Below are positions 18,686 through 26,500 of a stretch of 35,760 nt of DNA, one piece after another. Origin of the DNA: a virus (Duplodnaviria > Caudoviricetes); the IMG/VR virus record IMGVR_UViG_3300032163_001294, positions 1 to 35,760 of that record; one strand, 5' to 3'. The translations under genes and the position numbers were made by a program. The notes under the pieces were generated by a model. It did no database searches and was not told the DNA's origin. It was given only the letters and a program-made list of their open reading frames with translations. The first letter of the stretch is position 1. The number at the start of each line of letters is the position of its first letter.

Positions 18686-19105
18686 ATGTGCGCGTCTCAA
18701 TATCAGAACCCCATCCCGGCGCTCGGCCCGGAAAGTCTCGCTCATTTCAAACGGGAGGATTTCGCCTGTCCGTGTTGCGGCGAAAACAAAATCAGCCGGG
18801 ACCTGGTGGAGAAGCTGGAACGGGTAAGGAACGTCTACTACCGGGCGCCGCTGATCGTCAGTTCAGGGTACCGATGCGCAAAACACGAGGCGGAAGTTGG
18901 GGGGACAGGGGCGAACCACCCGTTGGGTTTGGCGGTGGACCTGACGGGGCCGGGCAATACAAAAATCATCGGGGCTGACCTGATGTTCCTCATCATCGGC
19001 CTACACGCCGTGGGGGTCTCCAGGATAGTTTTATACCGCGCTAAACGACACCTTCACGCGGATATAAACCCGTCCGGCCCGGACGGGGTTTTTATCGAGG
19101 AGTGA
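18686..19105 (+). CDS. Endolysin, peptidase M15A family
   Basis: HFKREDFACPCCG, SSGYRC, H-x6-D (HPLGLAVD), HLHAD. Confidence 0.9.
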   Translation: MCASQYQNPIPALGPESLAHFKREDFACPCCGENKISRDLVEKLERVRNVYYRAPLIVSSGYRCAKHEAEVGGTGANHPLGLAVDLTGPGNTKIIGADLMFLIIGLHAVGVSRIVLYRAKRHLHADINPSGPDGVFIEE

Positions 19106-19112
19106 AAACACG

Positions 19113-20525
19113 GTGAGGGTTATCATACCGTTCGTTGGGCCGCAGATCGAGGGGCGATCAGGGATCGCCAATGACCAACGGTGTGTCAACCTGTACCCCA
19201 AACTGGAAGGCCCCAACGCAAAAACCGTTATCGGCCTGTACAGAACGCCCGGCCTGAAATACCACGTTTCGGCGGGGACGGGGCCATGCCGCTCCAACGG
19301 GGCGGTTTTCCAGGATCGAGCGTATTTTGTCTCCGGGAAAGAATTGGTATGGATCGATTACTCGGGGCTAACCGGGTCCGCCGGGACGTTGGACACTATC
19401 CAGGGGCGAGTATCCATCGCCCGAGGCTGGGATCATCTGTTGCTGACCGACGGGACAAACGGCTACACATACGATGGGGTAACGTTCGCCAAAATCACGG
19501 ACCCGGATTTCCCGCAATGTGACGTGGTCTGCTGGAGCGGACATTACTATTTGGCCGTGAAGAAGGGCACCAACCAGTTTTACGTTTCGGCGCTGAACGA
19601 TCCCACCAACTGGTACGCCCTGGGGTTCGCCAGCGCGGAAGCCCAGCCGGACAAAGCTATCGCCGCCTGGCCGTTCCAGGGGTACATCATATTATTCGGC
19701 GACGAGACGATCCAGCTTTACCGGCAGACGGGGAACGTCGATTTCCCGTTCGATCCGGTGACGGGTTTGGTAATCGAGCATGGGCTACACGCGATTCATT
19801 CCCTGGCCGAGGTGGACGATATTCTTTTCTTTTTGGGGAAAAGCCGGGGTGGCGGGCCGTTGGCCATGATGGCGCAAGGGCAGACGCCCGTCCCCATATC
19901 CACACCGGATATCGAATGGCGGTGGAACAAATTTATCAATACAAAAGACGCTACAGGTTATGCGTATCGCCACGTTGGGCACATTTTTTACGTTATCACT
20001 TTCCCGGCGGCCAAAGAAACCTACGTTTACGACGTGACAACCCAGATGTGGCACGAGAGGAGTTCATATGGCGTGGGGTATCACCGGGCGGGCGGCCATG
20101 TCTTCTTTAACTCGAAACATATCCTTGGCGATACGGAGAACGAGAAGTTCTATACCTACGATTTCGACACGTACAAGGATGGCGGAGACCCGTTGGTCTG
20201 GATCCGCCGCGCCCCGGTAATCACCGACCCGCCGGGGAACCGGAGGATATTTTTCGACCGGCTGGAGCTTGATTTCTCCGCTGGGTTGGGGTTGACCTCC
20301 GGGCAGGGATCGGACCCGCAATGTATGTTGCGATGGAGTAACGACGGGTGGAACTGGAGCGCCGAATTGTGGCGCGGGATGGGGAAAATCGGAGAGTTCC
20401 GGCGCCGGGCGGTGTGGAACCGGCTGGGTTCGGCGCGATACCGGATATTCGAGGTCAGCGGAAGCGATCCGATGGACGTGATTATGTTTGGCGCGACTCT
20501 GGAGGCGAGAATTGGAGAATCATGA
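19113..20525 (+). CDS. Tail hub / packaged-DNA stabilisation protein (P22 gp10-like)
   Basis: VNLYP, LYRTPGL, FASAEAQPD, GHIFYVITFP, YDVTTQMWHER, WNRLG, RIFEVSGSDP motifs. Confidence 0.9.
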   Translation: MRVIIPFVGPQIEGRSGIANDQRCVNLYPKLEGPNAKTVIGLYRTPGLKYHVSAGTGPCRSNGAVFQDRAYFVSGKELVWIDYSGLTGSAGTLDTIQGRVSIARGWDHLLLTDGTNGYTYDGVTFAKITDPDFPQCDVVCWSGHYYLAVKKGTNQFYVSALNDPTNWYALGFASAEAQPDKAIAAWPFQGYIILFGDETIQLYRQTGNVDFPFDPVTGLVIEHGLHAIHSLAEVDDILFFLGKSRGGGPLAMMAQGQTPVPISTPDIEWRWNKFINTKDATGYAYRHVGHIFYVITFPAAKETYVYDVTTQMWHERSSYGVGYHRAGGHVFFNSKHILGDTENEKFYTYDFDTYKDGGDPLVWIRRAPVITDPPGNRRIFFDRLELDFSAGLGLTSGQGSDPQCMLRWSNDGWNWSAELWRGMGKIGEFRRRAVWNRLGSARYRIFEVSGSDPMDVIMFGATLEARIGES

Positions 20526-20872
20526 TAAAGGAGAAACCGGTATCCCCGCCGCCAGACCCGGCCCAAACGGAGATTTTCCGGCGGTGGTTGCAAGACCTGT
20601 GGAACAACTTCCCGAAAATGGATTCGTTCACGCCAAACCTGATCCCGGCCAGCGTGGAGGCGCACAGTTCCAGCGAACAGGAATTTACGGTGGCGGGGTT
20701 GAACAAGCAAGATGTGGTGACGGTGAACCCTCCGGGATTCGTGGCGGGGATAGCCCTGGGCGGGGCCAGGGTGGCGGACAACGGGAAAATAAGGATCGTC
20801 TTCGCCAACGTGACGGCGGGGGCCTTAACGCCTCCAGCGGGCGTATACGCGGTCTACGCGATCAGGCGGTGA
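20522..20872 (+). CDS. Small tail-associated protein
   Basis: ATG 20522 after GGAG with an ATGA overlap; beta-rich C-terminal domain. Confidence 0.65.
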   Translation: MIKEKPVSPPPDPAQTEIFRRWLQDLWNNFPKMDSFTPNLIPASVEAHSSSEQEFTVAGLNKQDVVTVNPPGFVAGIALGGARVADNGKIRIVFANVTAGALTPPAGVYAVYAIRR

Positions 20873-21333
20873 TGGAGATCGAGTACCGGGCGATGAAAAT
20901 CACGGAGATAAACGAAGTGGCCAACCTGTACGGGGCCATGGCGCGGGAGTTGGCGGAGCCGGGGGCGCCGGGAGACGAAGGGGCGGTGGAATTATGGACT
21001 ATTAACGTGTTCAGATGTCTCTCCGAACGGGGGGCGGCGAACCGGTCCGTGATATTCATCGCGGTATGCGCGGGGCGAATCGCGGGATTCATTCAGGGTC
21101 AGATATATTACGACGCGGAATGGGGGAAGTATGTGGGCCGGGTGTACGCCATGTACGTTAGCCCGGAGTTCCGGGGCCGGTGGATCGCGCACAAACTCAT
21201 GAAAGCGATTGAGAAATGGGGGCGGGGCGTGGGTATGGAGGCGGCGGTGGTTCATGCGGCGCCGGGGAACGAAGGGGCTTATGAACGGTTTGGATTTAAA
21301 ATTGTTAGCCTGAAAATGGCCAGGGAATACTAG
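20872..21333 (+). CDS. GNAT-family acetyltransferase
   Basis: MYVSPEFRGRWIA acetyl-CoA motif and YERFGF; start at ATG 20872. Confidence 0.85.
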   Translation: MEIEYRAMKITEINEVANLYGAMARELAEPGAPGDEGAVELWTINVFRCLSERGAANRSVIFIAVCAGRIAGFIQGQIYYDAEWGKYVGRVYAMYVSPEFRGRWIAHKLMKAIEKWGRGVGMEAAVVHAAPGNEGAYERFGFKIVSLKMAREY

Positions 21334-21344
21334 GAGGTTGGCGT

Positions 21345-22178
21345 ATGAGTATCGATCCGCTTACATTAGCCGCGATTATGGGCGGGACCTCGTTCCTGAA
21401 CAATATGATGGGCAACAAAAACGCCAGTTCGTATAACGACACCCAGATGAAATTGTACAACGATCAGATGGCGGCCCAGGAGAAACTGAACGCCGCCCAG
21501 ATGGCCCAGCAGAACCAGCAGTTTCAGCAAACGATGGCTCTTCAGGGAGGGATCAGTTCCGAGGCGTATTCGCTGAACCATGGTTATATTATCCCCCACA
21601 ACAATTTAATGACGCAACTTGACGAGGCGGAGAAAGCCCCGTACATCGTCTCCGGGCGGATGAACCTCCAGCGGATGGATGACCTTATATCGGGGAAGGC
21701 CAGGGTGGAGGAATCCCCGGCGTTCAGATATCAGTTGCAACGCGGGGCGGATACCGTCCAGGCCGGCCAGGCGGCTCGGGGGGGGTTGTTGTCCGGACGG
21801 GGGATGAAAGAGCTTGGGGAATACGGCATGGGGTTCGCCGGGAACGAGTATGACAAACAGTTGGCCCGGTTCTACCAGTTCAGCAGGCCCACGGCGATCC
21901 AGCAGAGGCAACAGTTCGGCCTGATGAGCGGGGGGAGCGAGGGGAGCAAGGGGGGGACATGCCCTTCCGGATCCCATTACGAGCGCACAGAGCCGGGGGA
22001 AACGACGAGTAATGGCATCAAGGTGGAATTTGCGGGCATCGAACAATGCGTAAAAGATAAAAAGGACGACCCCCCGCCGCCCGACCCCACCCCCGGCTCG
22101 GGCATGACGCCGGACCCAGGCACCTGCAAGCCAGGCCAGGGCTGGAACCCCATTTCGGGAAAGTGCGTGGGGGAATAG
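21345..22178 (+). CDS. DNA ejection/pilot protein (P22 gp7-like)
   Basis: AGGAGG RBS; Gly/Ala/Gln-rich; SPAFRYQLQRG...AARGGLLSG...YG motif. Confidence 0.75.
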   Translation: MSIDPLTLAAIMGGTSFLNNMMGNKNASSYNDTQMKLYNDQMAAQEKLNAAQMAQQNQQFQQTMALQGGISSEAYSLNHGYIIPHNNLMTQLDEAEKAPYIVSGRMNLQRMDDLISGKARVEESPAFRYQLQRGADTVQAGQAARGGLLSGRGMKELGEYGMGFAGNEYDKQLARFYQFSRPTAIQQRQQFGLMSGGSEGSKGGTCPSGSHYERTEPGETTSNGIKVEFAGIEQCVKDKKDDPPPPDPTPGSGMTPDPGTCKPGQGWNPISGKCVGE

Positions 22179-22202
22179 AAAAAATGATAGAGGACGAAAC
22201 CC

Positions 22203-23501
22203 ATGTCTAGTTTCCCAAGCATACCGCACCTGGTAATGCCGGTATCCCCGTTGCAGGGGGTGGCGGAGGCTGGCCTGTCCGGGTACCGGATGGGGCAGGA
22301 TATGAACCATTACAACATGAAACTGAGCGAGGAGCGGCAACAACAGTATTTGCGGGGGTTGGAACAGTTCGACGCGATGAACGGCGAGATCAAGAATGTT
22401 TACGACACGTCGTACAAGGAATATACCGATGGCGGGGCGGAAGATACCGTGGCCGGCGAGGGGGCCGCGCGAGCCGCTAACGCAAAGTATATCGGCGTTC
22501 TGGGCGTCCTGAAACAGGCGGGGGCGCCGGATGAGTTTCTGGCGAAACTGCCGAAGGTGTGGACGCCGGACACCTACAACGAAATGGGGGGGGCGTTGGT
22601 GGCGGCCAACGCCAAGCTGAACGGGCACAAATTGGTGGACATGGAAAATGGCGGCAAGCAGGAGGTGGACAAGTATGGGAATCTGGTTAAATACCATCCT
22701 CCCGTGGCGGCGGAAACGGAAAAATACAAACTCCAGACGGTTGTGGACGCGGAGGGGAACAAAATAGGGAAGATGGTTGGGGACATGGGGACGATAAAAG
22801 ATTCGGAGGTCGCCCCGCTGGGCAAGGAGGAGAGACCCACGTTGGCCCCGCACACACGTACATTCAAGAACAACGGATATGAAATCACCCAGGAATGGGA
22901 CACGGAATCCGGGAAATGGCAAGACGTCGCCAAGAACAGGATCGAGAGCAAAGCCGAGGCGCGGACGGCCACAGAGGAAGCCGCCGCCAGGAGGCGGGAG
23001 GATGCGACCCAGGGGAAAGAGAGCGCCGCCGCGGACAAGGAGTTGAAGGATTTGGAGAAGGAATCGAGGAGGCTCGATTTGCTACGGCCAAAAGACAAAA
23101 AGGGGAAACCCTACCCGGACGCGGTTCAGGAAGGGGGGTTTTTGGGGATCGGATCAGAGACTGTGGAGAACCCCAGGAACGCCAGCTGGCTCAAGGCCAG
23201 GACGGATCTTGACACGCGGATTGTGGAGGCCAAAGCGGAACGGACTCGTCTGTCCGGGAAGGGCGGGGACACGCCGGAGGATGGGGCCGGGGCGGGACAA
23301 CCTCCCGCCATACCGGAGGGAATGTACAAGGTTCGGCGGGGGATGGCGCATAATCGGACGGCGGACACTTCGGCGCTGGTTGATCCTAAACTTCAAGAAG
23401 AGGTTGCCATGGCTTTGGCAAAGACTCGCAATCCGGCCGCCATCGCCGCGAAACTGAGATCCAAAGGAATATCCCCCGGTTTATATTTGCCGGGATATTG
23501 A
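22203..23501 (+). CDS. Probable internal virion/ejection protein
   Basis: Lies between the pilot protein and the giant ejection protein; no recognisable catalytic motif. Confidence 0.65.
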   Translation: MSSFPSIPHLVMPVSPLQGVAEAGLSGYRMGQDMNHYNMKLSEERQQQYLRGLEQFDAMNGEIKNVYDTSYKEYTDGGAEDTVAGEGAARAANAKYIGVLGVLKQAGAPDEFLAKLPKVWTPDTYNEMGGALVAANAKLNGHKLVDMENGGKQEVDKYGNLVKYHPPVAAETEKYKLQTVVDAEGNKIGKMVGDMGTIKDSEVAPLGKEERPTLAPHTRTFKNNGYEITQEWDTESGKWQDVAKNRIESKAEARTATEEAAARRREDATQGKESAAADKELKDLEKESRRLDLLRPKDKKGKPYPDAVQEGGFLGIGSETVENPRNASWLKARTDLDTRIVEAKAERTRLSGKGGDTPEDGAGAGQPPAIPEGMYKVRRGMAHNRTADTSALVDPKLQEEVAMALAKTRNPAAIAAKLRSKGISPGLYLPGY

Positions 23502-23504
23502 CCC

Positions 23505-26500
23505 ATGGGGATATTCGACGACGTGCCGGTGATCGAGCCATCGCAAACCGGGGAACGGGATTTCGCGGGGCTGTTTGACGACGTACCGGCGCTTCAAACC
23601 AGCCAGACTCCCCATGACACGGAGTGGAAGGATAGCGTTCTCCGCCTTTACAATATGCCCTCAAGGGGGATGTTTGACGATATCCCGGCGCTCGATCCAC
23701 CCCAAGCTGGGTGGAAGAAAACCATAACAGCCATCCCGGAGGAAATCTATTACGGGGGGAAACAGGCGCTCGGCGGGTTGGCCAGGATGGCCGGTGAAAC
23801 GTCGATATCGGATATCGACAGCGCCATAAACCCGATGGCTCCCGTTGGGCGGATGTTTCGCAAGGCGGCGCTGGGTGACCAGAACTATTCCGAAAAGCCC
23901 ATATCGCCAGATCTGGGGCTGGCCGGTGGGGAGATGGCCAGGGAAGCCACCGCGGACCTGAGCCGGGTTACTCCGAAGGATCAGTCCATGCTCCAACAGA
24001 TGGCGTCCGCCGCCGGAGTGTCGTTTGGCCAGATGATTCCCGGAGCCATCGCCGCGATGGCCACCAAAAGCCCGGCGGTGTTGGCCGCGTCGTTTGGCGT
24101 TCAGCAGACGGGACAGAGTTATCAGGAGGCCCGCGAAGCTGGCAAACCGGTTAGGGAGTCCCAGACGTTTGCGGGGCGGCAAGGGATCATCGAAGCGGGA
24201 AGCGAATATTTGCCGGCCCAGGCGGTGTTCAAGGTGGGTTCACCGGCGTTCAAGTATCTGGTGGATATCATAGCCCGCGAGGTTCCGGGCGAGCTGGTGG
24301 CCAACATTGGCCAGTCCGTGAACGCCTATATCGAGGGGTTGCGCCCCGAAACCACCGTGGGGGACTTGATATCGAACATTGCCACAAAAGAACTGCCGGT
24401 GACCGCTGGGGCGGCCGTGTTGGGCTCGGTAATGCAGGGTGGGGGCGGGAAACTGGTGGGTAAAGCGTTGGGGGTGGGGAGTCCACCGCCCCAAGCCCAA
24501 GCCGGGGGGGCGGCGGCCCCGGAGCCATCCGCGTCAGAGGAGAGGGCGCCGGAGACTCCCCCGGCCCCCACCATCAACGAGGAGATCACACGGCGGGCGA
24601 TGGAGGCGGCCAGGGCGAAGGTGGAAGACCTGCTGGCGCAAAAGGAGACGGAGGCCCAACAGGCTCAACCCCAGCCGGAGACCACCCCCCCCACAGACAA
24701 GGGCGTGGCGGCCCCAGTGGATTCAGCGGGGGCGGTTCAGGAACCTCCCTCCACAACGGGGGCGACCCCGGCGCCGGAACCGGCGCTCTTCCCTTCGGAA
24801 GCGGAGTTGCGGGTGAAACGGCACGGGGAATTGACCACAAAACATGGGTTGACCCCGGAGGCGGCGGAAGATTTCAAACCCACGGAACGGCCCGACGTGG
24901 TGACGGGATTCCATGCCACCCAGGACCGCGCCCCGACGGTGAAACGGGCCATCGAGCACGTGGCGGCCACGGGGGAGAAGGCTTTTTATATCGATACCGA
25001 TATCATGAACCTTGGCGGGCTGAACGAGGCCCTGGGGAGCAACGAGAAGGCGAACCCATATTACCGGATGATATCGGACACATGGAGCGAGAAACTGAGG
25101 GCCTTGGGGGCGAACGTTCAGTTTTTCCGGCACGGGGGGGACGAGTTCAGCGCGGTAATCATTGGGAAAGACGTCACCGAGCCGCAAATCAATCTTGCGT
25201 TGGACCAGGCTTCGGACTATATTAAAGGTAAGATAAAGGAAGCGGGCCTCGAGGAGACCGATCACCCTAAACATAAAGGCGATCCGGGATACCGGGGCGT
25301 TGATATCACGTATGGCGTAAGCGAGATCACCCCCACCGCCAAGTTGGATGAAATATTCACAGGGGCCGATTCCAAGACGGCTAGCCGGAAGAAGGAGAGG
25401 ATCAGTGTCAGACGAAAGCAGGTTGATGAGGCTGGGGCTGTGGCATCTGAGGGACGATCCGGAGGAGCTACAAAAGGCCCTGGACAAGAACATAGCCGAG
25501 GACAACGCGAGGGTAGAATCCTACCACCGCGAACAGGAGGCCCAGAAGAAGAAGGCCCGGCAGGCGCCCAACAACTAGGCCCTTCCACCCCACCCCAGGC
25601 GCCCAAGGGCGGGGCAAGCCCCGTCATCCCCAATATCCCCAACGCCAAGGCCAGCCATACCCAGGCCCAGGTGGCCGCCGAACGAGCCGCCAGAACGAAC
25701 GTCACCGAACACGATTCCGCTTTGTCCATGATCCGCAAGCTGGGCGGGGTGCGGTTTGACGATCCCCTGCTCAAAGACATGCTGGGCCAGCTGGGGCTTA
25801 CCAGGAACAGCCCGGAGGCCCGGAGTATCATCCGCCAGGATGGGTTGACGATCCACAAACTGATGGAGAGGATGAGCGGGTACGTGAATGACCCGGCCAC
25901 CATGCGGGACGGGGAATGGCATGACCAGAAGGATTTCTTCGATTGGCTGGAGAAAGACACAGGACGGCGGGGGTATACCAACGAGGAGGTGAAAAGCCGG
26001 GCGGACAGGGCCGGGGAGGCGCAACGGCGGGCGATGATCAACACGCCAAGCGGGGTGAGGGAACTGGCGGATTCGGTAATCAGGAAACCGTTGTACCAGT
26101 GGGGGGAGACGGAGATGAGCCGGGCCGAGGAGGAGGGGGCGCGGCGGAAACTGATAGAGGCGGAGGTCGAGACCGCCGTCGAACGGGAGGCGATCCGGAA
26201 CGAGGATTCGGCCCCCGATAACGTCCCGGTGGAAGTGGCGCCGGGGGTGAGGTTTTCGATGGCGGAGGAGAAAGACATAAAGGTAAAAACGCCCTCTGGT
26301 ATTTTTAGGTTGCTTGGGATAAAGGAAGCCCCTGTGCGCGCCGATCCGGCGAGGCTTTATGAAAAACACCCGGAGGCGTTCACCTCTATCGACGGCGTGG
26401 TCCCCTTTATCGAACACGTGCTGGAACGCCCGGACTATAAAACGGCTGGGATGCTCCCCACCACCAGGCTTCTTGTCAGGCGGAACGGGAAGGATACGGC

